64,000 nucleotides of DNA from Candidatus Latescibacterota bacterium (GTDB lineage Bacteria > Latescibacterota > UBA2968 > UBA8231): NCBI GenBank assembly GCA_965248355.1, contig OZ252098.1:1024001-1088000 (forward strand), read 5' to 3'. Numbering within the stretch: position 1 is the first letter of the stretch; every line of letters starts with the position of its first letter. Under the pieces are notes generated by a model that was not told where the DNA came from, did not search any database, and was given only the letters and a program-made list of their open reading frames with translations. Positions 50,573-60,771 of this stretch are shown one piece after another. The position numbers were made by a program, and so were the translations under genes.

Positions 50573-51461
50573 GGGCCGGCCCCATGACGGGCAGGAGCGA
50601 CCAGCGGGCCTGCCCGAGGACGATCAGGCCGGCGAGGCCCGGGACGACGACGTTTACGGCGCACAGCAGCAGCGAGGCCTGAACAGCCACGGCCGGCTGC
50701 ACTCCGGCCAGGCCGAGGACGGCGACGGCCGCCGACTCGCGCACCCCCAGATCGAGGAAGCTGATGGGCAGCAGGGTCTTGAGCGCGAACACGGCGGGCA
50801 CGCTCCAGATGACGGAGGAGGGCAAGGGACCGGCAGCCAGCAACAGCAGATGGAACTGGAGGAAGAATACAAGATTGAACATCACCGAACCGGTGATGCC
50901 CGCAGCCCAGTCTCGAGCCGGCAGGGCGCGCACCACCTCGAGCCGCCGTGGCCGCATCCTGCGCAGGAGGAGCCATCCGCCCCCGGCGATCCCAGCCACG
51001 GAGGCGCCGCCCCCCAGGATCCAGGCACCCCGGACCTCGGGGATCACCGCCGCCGCGGCCATGGCGCCCGCCAGCAGGGTTACCCCGGCCGAGAGCAGCC
51101 GATCGACGAGGGCCAGCTGAGTGGCGGCCATCCTCCGCCCCGGCAGCACCAGCCCCCGGCCCAGCTCACCGAGCCGGCCGGGGGTGAGCAGCCCAAGGCC
51201 GAAGCCGGCCAGCAGCGAGCGCAGCGCCGCGGCGCTGGAGACCTCGGGAGCCGCCGTCCGCAGCAGGACTCGCCACTTCCACCACTGCAGGGAGAGACCG
51301 ACCGGCAGCAGGGCCAGGGCCGCGCCTGCGAAGCGGAGGTCTAGCCCGGCCACGGTGCGCAGCAACTCCCGGGGCGACGTGGTCAGGCCGATGACGGCGG
51401 CCAACAAGCCGACGCCGACGACGATCCTGATGGATGTCGTGGAGAGGACTCCCGGCCGCAT
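50562..51461 (-). CDS. Lysylphosphatidylglycerol synthase TM-domain (flippase-like) protein
   Basis: KWRVLL, TPGRLGELGR, DRLL, LPIS..DLGVRE. Confidence 0.78.
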   Translation of the reverse strand: MRPGVLSTTSIRIVVGVGLLAAVIGLTTSPRELLRTVAGLDLRFAGAALALLPVGLSLQWWKWRVLLRTAAPEVSSAAALRSLLAGFGLGLLTPGRLGELGRGLVLPGRRMAATQLALVDRLLSAGVTLLAGAMAAAAVIPEVRGAWILGGGASVAGIAGGGWLLLRRMRPRRLEVVRALPARDWAAGITGSVMFNLVFFLQFHLLLLAAGPLPSSVIWSVPAVFALKTLLPISFLDLGVRESAAVAVLGLAGVQPAVAVQASLLLCAVNVVVPGLAGLIVLGQARWSLLPVMGPAHAR

Positions 51462-51754
51462 CAGGGGCCGGGCCTGGTCTGGACGGAGGAGCTCAGCAGC
51501 GGCTCGAGGGATGGGTGCGGTCTCGGAATCACGTGGACGGCGATGACCTCCCCCACGGCGCGAGCGGCCCGCTCCCCGGCCTCGGTGGCCGCGCGCACGG
51601 CGCCCACGTCTCCACGCACCAGGGCGGTGATCAGGCCCCCGCCGATGGGGTGCCAGCCCTGGACCTCCACCTCTGCCGTCTTGACCATGGCGTCACTGGC
51701 CTCGATCAGGGCCACCAAGCCACGGGTCTCGATCATCCCGAGGGCCTCGCCCAT
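51461..51754 (-). CDS. Bacterial microcompartment hexamer shell protein (BMC-H)
   Basis: [36 protein letters not shown]. Confidence 0.95.
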   Translation of the reverse strand: MGEALGMIETRGLVALIEASDAMVKTAEVEVQGWHPIGGGLITALVRGDVGAVRAATEAGERAARAVGEVIAVHVIPRPHPSLEPLLSSSVQTRPGP

Positions 51755-51869
51755 GGCGGATAACATTCTCGGAGAAAAGGACTTGCAGGGCCCTGGCAGG
51801 GCCGCGGATCAACCGGCAGATAATCGTCCCGCCCCCACGATGGGTCAAGCGACCCGGCCGGATCCCGGA

Positions 51870-51899
51870 TTGACAGGCCCGTGCGAGGCGGGATAGCTT
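51870..51899 (+). promoter_or_regulatory. Candidate sigma70 promoter for the cytochrome-porin gene
   Basis: TTGACA-18 nt-TAGCTT. Confidence 0.45.
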
Positions 51900-51939
51900 G
51901 CGCCCGGCTGTCCGTGCGATCCGCAGAAAGGACCGGCCC

Positions 51940-53079
51940 ATGTCCGGAACCCCCCGCCCGCGCGCCCCCGGCTGCAGTCCGAGATCATCCGGCCACTGGC
52001 CGAAGGTGCTGCTGCTCCTCCTGCCCGCCGGCGTGGCCAGCGGCGAACCCCACATCGCCCTGCGGGAAGGGCTCAAGTGCTCCACCTGCCACGTGAATCC
52101 CACCGGAGGCGGTCTGCGCAACGGCTATGGAGCGCTGTTCACTCAGACCTCGGTTACTCCTCTGCTTCGGGAGATGTCGAGGCGGTCGCCCGACTTCTCC
52201 GGCGACCTGGGTTCCAGCGTAACCCTCGGAGGAGATCTCGTGGTCGCCAACCGCAGCCAGTTGCCCATCGAGGGCGAGGGCGCCCGCAACAGCTTCGTCG
52301 TCGACAGCGGAAACCTCTACATCCAGGCCCGCCTGATCCCGGGCCGGCTCTCCTTGTATATCGACGAGAGCGTGGCCCCCGGGGGCGCGAGCAACCGGGA
52401 GGCCCTGGTGCTGGTGGAGGGGATCGGCGCTGCGGGCTACCTCAAGGCGGGACGCCTGGTGCGGCCCTTCGGGATCCGGCTGGCCGACGACGAGGCCTTC
52501 GTCCGCCAGGTTACGGGCTTCAACTTCGACAACCAGGATCTGGGCGTCGAGCTCGGTCTCGAGCCAGGTCCCCTGTCGCTGGCGGTGGCCGTCACCAATG
52601 GCAGCGGAGGCACCATCGACGAGAACCTCGGCAAGCAGGTGGCCGTCTCCGGTTCGTTCTGGACGGAGGCAGCCGTCCTCGGCGCCTCGGCCGCGTACAA
52701 CGACGCCCGGGGGGTCCGGCGAATCGTGGTCGGCCCCTTCGCCAGCGCCCATCTGGGGGCCGTGACCCTGACGGGAGAGATCGATCTCATTCGTGATAAG
52801 GTCCGGGACCAGGGCCGTGACGACAGGGCTCAGGTGGTCGGTTTCGCCAGCCTCGACTACTGGTACCGGGATGCCATCGACTTCCGGCTCTCCTTCGACT
52901 ACCACGATCCATACGCCGACTTCGGCGAGGACGAGCGCAGCCGCCTGAGCCTGGGCCTCGAGGCCTTCCTCACGCCCTTTCTGTCCGCCAGCGCCTTCTA
53001 CCGGTTCAAGGACAGCGTTCCCCAGGACGGACCGGGCAACGCCGATGTCCTCGTCGTCAGCCTGCGCACCTTCTTCTGA
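51940..53079 (+). CDS. Monoheme c-type cytochrome fused to an outer-membrane beta-barrel
   Basis: Signal peptide, CSTCH, alternating beta strands, C-terminal Phe. Confidence 0.7.
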   Translation: MSGTPRPRAPGCSPRSSGHWPKVLLLLLPAGVASGEPHIALREGLKCSTCHVNPTGGGLRNGYGALFTQTSVTPLLREMSRRSPDFSGDLGSSVTLGGDLVVANRSQLPIEGEGARNSFVVDSGNLYIQARLIPGRLSLYIDESVAPGGASNREALVLVEGIGAAGYLKAGRLVRPFGIRLADDEAFVRQVTGFNFDNQDLGVELGLEPGPLSLAVAVTNGSGGTIDENLGKQVAVSGSFWTEAAVLGASAAYNDARGVRRIVVGPFASAHLGAVTLTGEIDLIRDKVRDQGRDDRAQVVGFASLDYWYRDAIDFRLSFDYHDPYADFGEDERSRLSLGLEAFLTPFLSASAFYRFKDSVPQDGPGNADVLVVSLRTFF

Positions 53080-53087
53080 ATCCGCTC

Positions 53088-54176
53088 TCAGCGGAAGAGG
53101 AAGGTGATCACCTCCCCGTCCCTGACGACGTGATCCCGGCCCTCCGCCCGCAACCTGCCCCCGACCCGCAGCCGGGCCATGTTTCCGGCCACCGAGATCA
53201 GATCCCCGACTGTGGTCACCTCCGCGCGGATGAATCCGGCCTCCATGTCGGAGTGAATGCGCCCCGCCGCGGCCGCTGCCTTCGTTCCATCGGGGATCTG
53301 CCAGGCCTGCAGCTTGTCCTTGGCCAAGGTATAGAAGGTGATCAGGCCCAGCAGATCACGGGCCGCTCGCAGGAGGCGGCCGACGCCGCTGTCCGCCAGG
53401 CCCAGGAAGGCGAGAAACTCCCCCCTCTCCTCCTCCCCCAGCTGGGCGAGCTCGGCTTCGATGCCCGCGGAGATCGCCAGAACCCCCTGCGGGCCGTAGC
53501 GGTCCCGGAGGCCGCGGGCGGTCCGGCCCTCCGCCGCATCCCCCTCCGAGACATTGGCCACGACGAGCACCGGCTTTTCGGTCAGGAAGCCGTACCCGCG
53601 CAGCGCGGAAAAGTGCTCGGCCGAGAGTCCGCCCAGACGCAGGGGCAGCCCCTTCGCGAGGGCCGCATGGGCCGAGCGCAGAGCGGCCAACTCGGTCTGC
53701 CGGACCGACTTCGGATCGGATCGGACCACCTTGTCGAGTTGTGGCAGATTCCGCTCGGCCACTTCCAGATCGGCGAGAATGAGCTCGGTGTCGACCGTGT
53801 CGGCGTCGCGCAGCGGGTCGAGGTTCCCCTCGACATGGGAGACGGTCTCGGCCTCGAAGCAGCGCACCACGTGCAGCAGCGCCTCCGCAGGCCGCACATC
53901 GGCGAGAAACTGGTTCCCCCTCCCCTCTCCGCGGCTGGCGCCGCGCACAAGGCCCGCGATGTCGGTGAGCTGGACCGTTGCGGGGGTGCAGGTGGCCGGT
54001 TGCAGCAACTCCTCCAGCCGGCGCAGACGTGGATCGGGCACGTCGACGACGGCCACGTTCGGCTCGATGGTGCAGAAGGGGTAGCTGGAGGCAGCCGCCG
54101 AGCCGCGGCTCAGGGCGTTGAAGAGGGTCGACTTGCCGACGTTGGGAAGGCCGACGATCCCCGTGGAAAGACTCAT
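53088..54176 (-). CDS. ychF: Redox-regulated ATPase YchF
   Basis: GIVGLPNVGKSTLFNAL, YPFCTIEPN, DIAGLV, IHSD...GFIRAE. Confidence 0.96.
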   Translation of the reverse strand: MSLSTGIVGLPNVGKSTLFNALSRGSAAASSYPFCTIEPNVAVVDVPDPRLRRLEELLQPATCTPATVQLTDIAGLVRGASRGEGRGNQFLADVRPAEALLHVVRCFEAETVSHVEGNLDPLRDADTVDTELILADLEVAERNLPQLDKVVRSDPKSVRQTELAALRSAHAALAKGLPLRLGGLSAEHFSALRGYGFLTEKPVLVVANVSEGDAAEGRTARGLRDRYGPQGVLAISAGIEAELAQLGEEERGEFLAFLGLADSGVGRLLRAARDLLGLITFYTLAKDKLQAWQIPDGTKAAAAAGRIHSDMEAGFIRAEVTTVGDLISVAGNMARLRVGGRLRAEGRDHVVRDGEVITFLFR

Positions 54177-55870
54177 GGGCCCTCCTCCGCGGGCAGCAGG
54201 GACGGCTGCACCATCAAGGTCTTCTCGCGCTTCACCGAGGCCAGCCCCGGGGGGGCCCCCCGGGGTTTGAAGACGTACTTGGCGAGGGTGTAGACGACGG
54301 GGACCCTGTTGGCCGTGCGGCCCTTGCTCCAGTAGGCGGCCACCGCCGCGGCCTCCTCGAGGGTGGTCCTGGATGGCTCTTCCTTGCGTCCTTCGCGGCG
54401 CAGGATCACGTGCGATCCGGAATACCCGCGGGCGTGGAGCCAGAGGTCGTTCTGAGCCGCCAGGCGGTGGGTGAGCAGATCGTTCTCGCGATTGTTCCGT
54501 CCTGACCACACCGACCATCCCGTGGAGGTCCGGTAGCGGCGCGGGTGAGCAGAGGGCTCCTGGCCCGGGGACCCCCGCCTCCCCTGGCTCGTCCTGTTCA
54601 ATCCCAAGCGGCTCTCCAAGAGCTCCATCTCTTCCTCTGGCAACGGCTTGATCCCTTCTCCCTGAAGACGCTCCAGAAGTTCCCGCGTCTCCTGCTGCTG
54701 TTCCTGGAGGCGCTGAAGGCGCGGCGGCAGCACCTCCAGTCTGCGGCGGTAGCGCCGCGCCCGCTTGAGCATGCGCCCGGCCTGGCCCGCGGCGGACCGT
54801 CCCGGCTCCAGCTCGACGACGATGGTTGCCTCGGCGGCCGGGTCGTGCACATCGGCCACCTCGAGGCGGCCGGGCCCCCGGACCGCCGTGTCCCCCGATG
54901 CCATCAGGGAATGGGCGGCCCTCTCCAGATGGTCCACCCGGCGGGCCTCCTCGAGGTCGGACTGCAGGGCCGCGGTCCGGCGCTCGAGGAGGTCGAGGGC
55001 CCTCTTCAGCCGGGCCTGCTGACCGGCTCCGGGCCGGAATTCGTCAGGTTCGGACACGGGGGACCGCAGGGCCTCGCTCACGGAGGCGAAACGCTCCACC
55101 TCCCGGTTCACGGGCTCCAGAACGGAGACCCGTACCCATCCTCCGCCCGCGGTCCACCGGAAGACATGGTGGTGGGGTCCATGGTGCAGCCGGCGACCAG
55201 CCTCGCCCAGGCCTTCGGCCACGTCCCGGCCGCAATCGGCCAGTGCTCGGCCCGGTTCGGCGCCGGCGTCGGCGCACAATCGGGCGATGACGTGCCGGTC
55301 CATCCCGGCCACCGAACGACGCAGCGCCTCCTCCAGGGTGCCCGGCCCCGAGAGCAGGACTTCCCATTCCGCCCTCCCCAGGGAGGCTGGATCGGCGCGG
55401 TCGGCGAGACCCTGGAAGCGAGGGAGATCGCCGATCCGGGGGGCGCGCCGGTCACCCTCGCCCGACCAGGCGCCGAGGATCCGGCCGTGGCGCTCTCCGA
55501 CGAGGCACAGCCGGTACCGGGGCGGGATCACCATGACCATGAGGACGCCGTAGGTCGGTTCCCCCGAGGCATCGCTTCTGCGGAGGCGAACCAGGAGGAC
55601 CCGGTCCCCTTGCTGACAAGTGACCGACTCGACACGGGCGCCCATGAGATACCGCAGGGAGCGGTCGGGCCGCTCTTCCCGCACCGGGGAGGATCCCAGG
55701 CCGATGCGGCCCGGCGGGCCGAAGGCGACCTGCAGCGAGTGCGCCGGCGCGCCCTGCGCCTCCAGCGACATCCCCGCCCCGTCGGCGGTGACACGGTGGA
55801 GGCGGCGGCCTTCCCAGGCGGCGTGCAACTCCGTCGAGAACCGCTCGAGCGTGATCCGGTCGAGGAGCAT
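54173..55870 (-). CDS. NFACT/Rqc2 (RqcH)-family protein
   Basis: DR motif in N-domain, coiled coil, NFACT-R GRNNRENDLLT...LWLHAR...GSHV. Confidence 0.82.
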   Translation of the reverse strand: MLLDRITLERFSTELHAAWEGRRLHRVTADGAGMSLEAQGAPAHSLQVAFGPPGRIGLGSSPVREERPDRSLRYLMGARVESVTCQQGDRVLLVRLRRSDASGEPTYGVLMVMVIPPRYRLCLVGERHGRILGAWSGEGDRRAPRIGDLPRFQGLADRADPASLGRAEWEVLLSGPGTLEEALRRSVAGMDRHVIARLCADAGAEPGRALADCGRDVAEGLGEAGRRLHHGPHHHVFRWTAGGGWVRVSVLEPVNREVERFASVSEALRSPVSEPDEFRPGAGQQARLKRALDLLERRTAALQSDLEEARRVDHLERAAHSLMASGDTAVRGPGRLEVADVHDPAAEATIVVELEPGRSAAGQAGRMLKRARRYRRRLEVLPPRLQRLQEQQQETRELLERLQGEGIKPLPEEEMELLESRLGLNRTSQGRRGSPGQEPSAHPRRYRTSTGWSVWSGRNNRENDLLTHRLAAQNDLWLHARGYSGSHVILRREGRKEEPSRTTLEEAAAVAAYWSKGRTANRVPVVYTLAKYVFKPRGAPPGLASVKREKTLMVQPSLLPAEEGP

Positions 55871-55918
55871 GGTGGTCTGGGGGGTCGCGGCGGTGGGTCC
55901 GGGGGCCGGACCCACCGC

Positions 55919-58696
55919 TCAGGCCTCGAGCATCTCCAGGCTCGCGGACAGCCTGGAGAGGCTGGCGCGGTATTCCTTCCGGCGCAGCCGCTCCTTCTCG
56001 ACCACCGCTGCGGGCGCCCTGGCCAGGAAGGCGTCGTTGTCCAGCTTCCCCTCCAGTCCCCTCACCAGGCCCTGCAGCTTCTCGATCTCCTTGCGCAGCC
56101 TGCGGCTCTCGGCGTCGACGTCGATCAGGCCCGCAAGGGGGATGAAGATCTCCACGTCCCCCACCACCGCGCTGCCCGAGGAGGGGGGTTGCGGAAGTCC
56201 GGCGCCCACATCGAGGGATCCGGTGCCCACCAGGGTCTCCAGGTAGGCTCGGTGGCGGTCGAGGGAGGCGGCGCTCTCGGCCCCGCCCGTGGACACGACG
56301 AGGTCCACCTGCCGACTCCGGGGCACGTTGAGCTCGCTGCGGATGGTGCGCGCCGCCGAGATCACCTCCTGCAGGAAGCCCATCTCCCGCTCCGCGTCTT
56401 CGTCCAGGTCTCCCTCCTCGGCCACCGGCCACGAGGCGACCATCAGGCTCTCGGGCGCGTCCTGCACCGGCAACTGCTGCCACAGCTCCTCGGTGACGAA
56501 GGGCATGATGGGGTGCATCAGGCGCAGGGCCTGCTCGAGGACCGAGACCAGCACCTCCCGCACCTGGGCCCGCTCCGCGGCGGATCCGGCCACCAGCCGG
56601 GGCTTGGCCAGCTCGATGTACCAGTCGCAATAGTCGCGCCAGAGAAAGTCGTGCAGGGCCCGGGTCGCATCGCCGAATCGATACGCCTCCTGGGCCTGAT
56701 CGACGAGTTGCACGGTGCTTGCCAGTCGACTGCGGATCCAGCGGTCCGCCAGGTCCCCGGGAGGCCTTCCGGGCGGCGGCGTCCCGGACCCGTCGAGGTT
56801 CATCAGCACGTAGCGGACCGAGTTCCACAGCTTGTTGCAGAACCGCCGCCCCGCCTCGGCGCTGAGGCTCACCTTGACCTCGTTGTCGATCACGTCGGCG
56901 TCGAAGCGCATGTCCTGGGTCGAGCCGCACTGGGCGAGCAGGCTCCAGCGGGTGGCGTCGGCGCCGTACAGGCGCACCAGGTCGAGGGGGTTCAGACCGG
57001 TGCCCAGGCTCTTGCTCATCCGCCGCCCGTCCCGGGTGAATACCGTGGGGTGAACGAGAACGGTGCGGAAGGGGATCTCCTCGACGAACTCGACGGCGGT
57101 CATCACCATCCGCAGGACCCACAGGTAGAGGATCTGCCGGTCCGTGATCATCAGGTCCGTGGGATGGAAGTAGTCGAGATCCTCGGTGGACTCCGGCCAT
57201 CCCAGGGTGGCGAAGGGCCAGAGGGCCGACGAGAACCACGTGTCGAGCACATCGGGATCCTGGACGATGCGCCGGCCCCCGCAGTCCTGGCAGGCGGCCG
57301 GTGGTTCGAGGCGGACCATGGGCCGGGCCCCGGCCTCGACGGAGACGCGGAAGGCGCCGGCAGCCAGGGCCTCGTCCCGCGGGTACCCGCTCAGGGGCTC
57401 CAGACCGCCGCCCGAGCAGTCGACGCAGTAGTAGGCGGGGATCCGGTGCCCCCACCAGATCTGCCGCGACAGGGCCCAGTCGCGGATGTTGTCGAGCCAC
57501 TCCAGCGCGTAGCCTCGATAGCGGTCGGGCACGTAGGCGACCGGGTCCGCGGGGCCTGCCCCCTCGAGGTGGGGACGGATCTTGCGGGCCAGCCCCTTCA
57601 TGTCCATGAACCACTGCTCCATGGGCAACGGCTCGATCACCGTTCCGCACTTGTCGTGGTGCGGCACGGCGTGCTCGTGGTCCTCGGAGGTCACCAGCAG
57701 ACCCGCCGACTCCAGGGCGGCCACCACGTTCTTCCGGCACTCGTAGCGGTCCTGGCCGGCGAAGGAGCCCGCCCCGGCCGTCATCACCGCGTCGAAATCG
57801 ATGACGAGAATCTGGTCCAGTCCGTGGCGGGCGCCGACCTCGTAGTCGTTCGGATCGTGGGCCGGGGTCACCTTGAGCGCTCCCGAGCCCATCTCCGGGT
57901 CGACGTAGTCGTCGGCCACGATGGGTATGGGCCGATCCATCAGGGGCAGCATCACCTTCCGGCCGACGGCGGTCTTCCAGCGCTCGTCGCCGGGATGGAC
58001 GGCCACGCCCGAGTCTCCGAGCATGGTCTCCGGGCGCGTCGTGGCCACCACCACGTCGGGGCCCCCGTCGACGCCGGGATAGCGAATGTGCCACAGCCGG
58101 CCGGTCGTCAGGATCTCCTCGGTCTCCAGGTCGGAGATGACGCTGCCGCACTTGGGGCACCAGTTGATCATCCGGGTGCCGCGGTAGATCCAGCCCTTCT
58201 CGTGGAAGCTCTGGAAGGCCTTCAGGACGGCGGCGACGTACCCGTCGTCGAGGGTGAAGCGGGTGCGCTCCCAGTCGTAGCTGCAGCCCAGCTTGCGCAT
58301 CTGGTCGTAGATCGCCTCTCCGTAGGTCTCTCGCCAGGCCCAGATGCGCTCCACCAGGCCCTCTCGGCCGAGGTCGTGGCGGGTCCGGCCCTCCTCCTTC
58401 AGAAGCTGCTCCTCCACCTTCATCTGGGTGGCGATCCCGGCGTGGTCGGTGCCGGGGAGCACGAGCGCCTCGTACCCCTGCATGCGCTTGCGGCGGATGA
58501 CGTTGTCGTGGATCGCGTGCTGCACCGCATGCCCCATGTGCAGCTCCCCGGTGACGTTCGGGGGCGGGATCGTGATGCAGAACGGCGTGCGTTCCGGGTT
58601 CGGCCGGGCGCGGAAATAGCCCGCCGACTCCCATCGTCCGTACCAGTTCCGTTCGCAGCTTTCGGGGTCGTATCGCTTGGGAAGCTCGCCGGGCAT
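55919..58696 (-). CDS. valS: Valine--tRNA ligase
   Basis: PPPNVTGELHMGH, DHAGIATQ, SRQIWWGH, RMSKS, C-terminal coiled coil. Confidence 0.98.
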   Translation of the reverse strand: MPGELPKRYDPESCERNWYGRWESAGYFRARPNPERTPFCITIPPPNVTGELHMGHAVQHAIHDNVIRRKRMQGYEALVLPGTDHAGIATQMKVEEQLLKEEGRTRHDLGREGLVERIWAWRETYGEAIYDQMRKLGCSYDWERTRFTLDDGYVAAVLKAFQSFHEKGWIYRGTRMINWCPKCGSVISDLETEEILTTGRLWHIRYPGVDGGPDVVVATTRPETMLGDSGVAVHPGDERWKTAVGRKVMLPLMDRPIPIVADDYVDPEMGSGALKVTPAHDPNDYEVGARHGLDQILVIDFDAVMTAGAGSFAGQDRYECRKNVVAALESAGLLVTSEDHEHAVPHHDKCGTVIEPLPMEQWFMDMKGLARKIRPHLEGAGPADPVAYVPDRYRGYALEWLDNIRDWALSRQIWWGHRIPAYYCVDCSGGGLEPLSGYPRDEALAAGAFRVSVEAGARPMVRLEPPAACQDCGGRRIVQDPDVLDTWFSSALWPFATLGWPESTEDLDYFHPTDLMITDRQILYLWVLRMVMTAVEFVEEIPFRTVLVHPTVFTRDGRRMSKSLGTGLNPLDLVRLYGADATRWSLLAQCGSTQDMRFDADVIDNEVKVSLSAEAGRRFCNKLWNSVRYVLMNLDGSGTPPPGRPPGDLADRWIRSRLASTVQLVDQAQEAYRFGDATRALHDFLWRDYCDWYIELAKPRLVAGSAAERAQVREVLVSVLEQALRLMHPIMPFVTEELWQQLPVQDAPESLMVASWPVAEEGDLDEDAEREMGFLQEVISAARTIRSELNVPRSRQVDLVVSTGGAESAASLDRHRAYLETLVGTGSLDVGAGLPQPPSSGSAVVGDVEIFIPLAGLIDVDAESRRLRKEIEKLQGLVRGLEGKLDNDAFLARAPAAVVEKERLRRKEYRASLSRLSASLEMLEA

Positions 58697-58753
58697 GCGA
58701 TCTCGGAAGAGGACTTCGTTGAATGGTGTAACCGCGTGTCAGATAAGGAGTTC

Positions 58754-58782
58754 AATATAGGAGGGAGGGTCTGTACTGACAA
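58754..58782 (-). promoter_or_regulatory. Sigma70 promoter for valS
   Basis: Minus strand TTGTCA-17 nt-TATATT. Confidence 0.6.
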
Positions 58783-58819
58783 TCCTCCAGAAGCCCCCAT
58801 CCGGCCTCCGAGGCCGGCT

Positions 58820-58848
58820 TTGCCGTCCCCCGGGGCGGCTTCTATACT
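58820..58848 (+). promoter_or_regulatory. Sigma70 promoter for murQ operon
   Basis: TTGCCG-17 nt-TATACT. Confidence 0.55.
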
Positions 58849-58911
58849 TGGCCGGGCCCCGGAGTCCGCTCCACCCCGACTGGCCCAGCGACTCGAAGCC
58901 GCGACCCCCCG

Positions 58912-59820
58912 ATGACGGACTGGTCTTCCCTGTCGACGGAACAGCGCAATCCGGCCAGCGCGGAGATCGACGAGCTGGACACCCTGGACTTGGTGCGCCT
59001 GATCAACCGCGAGGAGGCCCGGGTGCCGATGGCGGTGGAGAGGGTATTGCCCGAACTCGCCCGGGCCGTCGATCTGGTGGTCGGGGCGGTCCGTTCGGGA
59101 GGCCGTCTCTTCTATGCCGGCGCCGGGAGCAGCGGCCGCCTCGGGATCCTCGACGCCTCGGAATGCCCACCCACGTACGGCACCGACCCGGAGCTGGTGC
59201 AGGGCCTGATCGCGGGCGGCGAGGGCGCCGCGTTCCGGGCCGTGGAGGGGGCCGAGGACGACCCGGACGGGGCGGTGCCCGAGTTCGAGGCCCGGCGCCT
59301 GAGTTCGAAGGACATCGTCGTGGGCATCGCCGCCAGCGGCGTGACACCCTGGGTGCTCGGCGCCCTGCGCCACGCCCGATCGCGGGGCTGCACGACCTTC
59401 CTGGTCTCCTGCAGCCCCGGCGCCGCGGCGGCGGTGGAGGCGGACGTGACGATCGTGCCGGAGGTCGGCCCCGAGGTCGTCACCGGCTCCACCCGCCTCA
59501 AGGCGGGTACGGCGACCAAGCTGGTCCTCAACACCCTGACCACGGCCGCCATGGTCCGTCTGGGCAAGACCTACGGAGACCTCATGGTCGACCTGAAGCC
59601 GACGAATGCCAAGCTCCGGGACCGCAGCGGCCGGATCCTGTCGGTCCTGTCCGGGATCGACCCGGAGACGGCGCGCCGACAGCTGGAGACGGTGGGTTGG
59701 GACCTGAAGCTGGCGCTGGTGATGCGGATCTGCGCCGTGGACGCCGCCCGCGCCCGCCAGCTGCTGCAGACCAGCGGAGGTCACGTGAAGCGGGCCGTCG
59801 CCCTCGCCGGAGGCGCTTGA
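58912..59820 (+). CDS. murQ: N-acetylmuramic acid 6-phosphate etherase
   Basis: TEQRNP, GAGSSGRLGILDASECPPTYG, GPEVVTGSTRLKAGTA. Confidence 0.95.
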   Translation: MTDWSSLSTEQRNPASAEIDELDTLDLVRLINREEARVPMAVERVLPELARAVDLVVGAVRSGGRLFYAGAGSSGRLGILDASECPPTYGTDPELVQGLIAGGEGAAFRAVEGAEDDPDGAVPEFEARRLSSKDIVVGIAASGVTPWVLGALRHARSRGCTTFLVSCSPGAAAAVEADVTIVPEVGPEVVTGSTRLKAGTATKLVLNTLTTAAMVRLGKTYGDLMVDLKPTNAKLRDRSGRILSVLSGIDPETARRQLETVGWDLKLALVMRICAVDAARARQLLQTSGGHVKRAVALAGGA

Positions 59821-60771
59821 TTGGAGACCCGCACCCTCGGCTCCACCAACCTTCGCGTCTCCGCCCTCGGCCTCGGCACGGTGGAGCTGGGCATCCCCTA
59901 CGGGATCCGCAAGCCGCCACCACCGGATGACGGCCTCTGCCTCCGGCTCCTGCACAAGGCCCGCGACGAGGGCGTGACCTACTTCGACACCGCCCCGGCC
60001 TACGGGCGCAGCGAGGAGATCGTGGGCCGCGCCTTCCCCGGTTCCCGCGGCGTCGTCCTGGCTACCAAGGTCTCTCTTCTGGACGGCTCCGGGGCCTTCC
60101 CTCCCCCGGAGAACCTGTCCCGAGCCGTCATCGACTCCGTGGACCGCAGCCGCCGGCGCTTCTCGCTGGAGACGCTCGACGTGCTGCAGATCCACAGCCT
60201 CGGGGACCAGGGGGACATGAGCGAGGCCCTGCTGGCAGCCATGGCCGAGCAGGTGGAGGCCGGCCGCGTGCGTCATTGGGGCGTGTCCACCTACGGCCGG
60301 AGGGCGCCCCGGAGGGTGCTGCGGCAGAGGCAGGCCATCGACGTCCTGCAGGTGGCCTACAGCATCCTCGACCGCACCCTCGAAGAGGAGATCCTGCCCC
60401 GCTGCCGCGAGCAGGACGTGGGCCTCGTGGTGCGCTCCGTCTTCCTGCAGGGGGTGCTCTCGGCGAGGCGGCGCCATCTCGGCGCCCGGCTGGCGCCGCT
60501 ACGGCTGGCGGCCGGCGCCGCGGGCCGGGTCGCCGACGGCCTCGGGATCGGCCTGCCCGAACTCGCCTTGCGTTTCGCCCTCCACGAGTCCGGGGCCCAC
60601 GTGACCCTCGTCGGTACCGCCCATCCGGAGGAGCTCGACGCCAATCTGCGCGCCATTGCAGCCGGTCCACTGCCCGCCGACGCGGTGGCCGAGCTGCGCC
60701 GGATTCACATCGAGAACGAGCGTCTGCTCGATCCAGGAACCTGGACCCCTTCCCCAGAAGGCCCAAACTGA
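59821..60771 (+). CDS. Aldo/keto reductase
   Basis: LGLGT, FDTAPAYGRSE, ATK, LDVLQIH. Confidence 0.88.
   Translation: METRTLGSTNLRVSALGLGTVELGIPYGIRKPPPPDDGLCLRLLHKARDEGVTYFDTAPAYGRSEEIVGRAFPGSRGVVLATKVSLLDGSGAFPPPENLSRAVIDSVDRSRRRFSLETLDVLQIHSLGDQGDMSEALLAAMAEQVEAGRVRHWGVSTYGRRAPRRVLRQRQAIDVLQVAYSILDRTLEEEILPRCREQDVGLVVRSVFLQGVLSARRRHLGARLAPLRLAAGAAGRVADGLGIGLPELALRFALHESGAHVTLVGTAHPEELDANLRAIAAGPLPADAVAELRRIHIENERLLDPGTWTPSPEGPN

Noticed and set aside
54545..58915. 1456-aa plus-strand ORF, and similar long ORFs at 2032-3843, 8915-11236, 27499-29598 and 30597-33269
   Set aside because: Antisense shadows of well-supported genes (valS, pyrH/purB, tatT, pnp, leuS); expected in high-GC DNA and without recognisable motifs.
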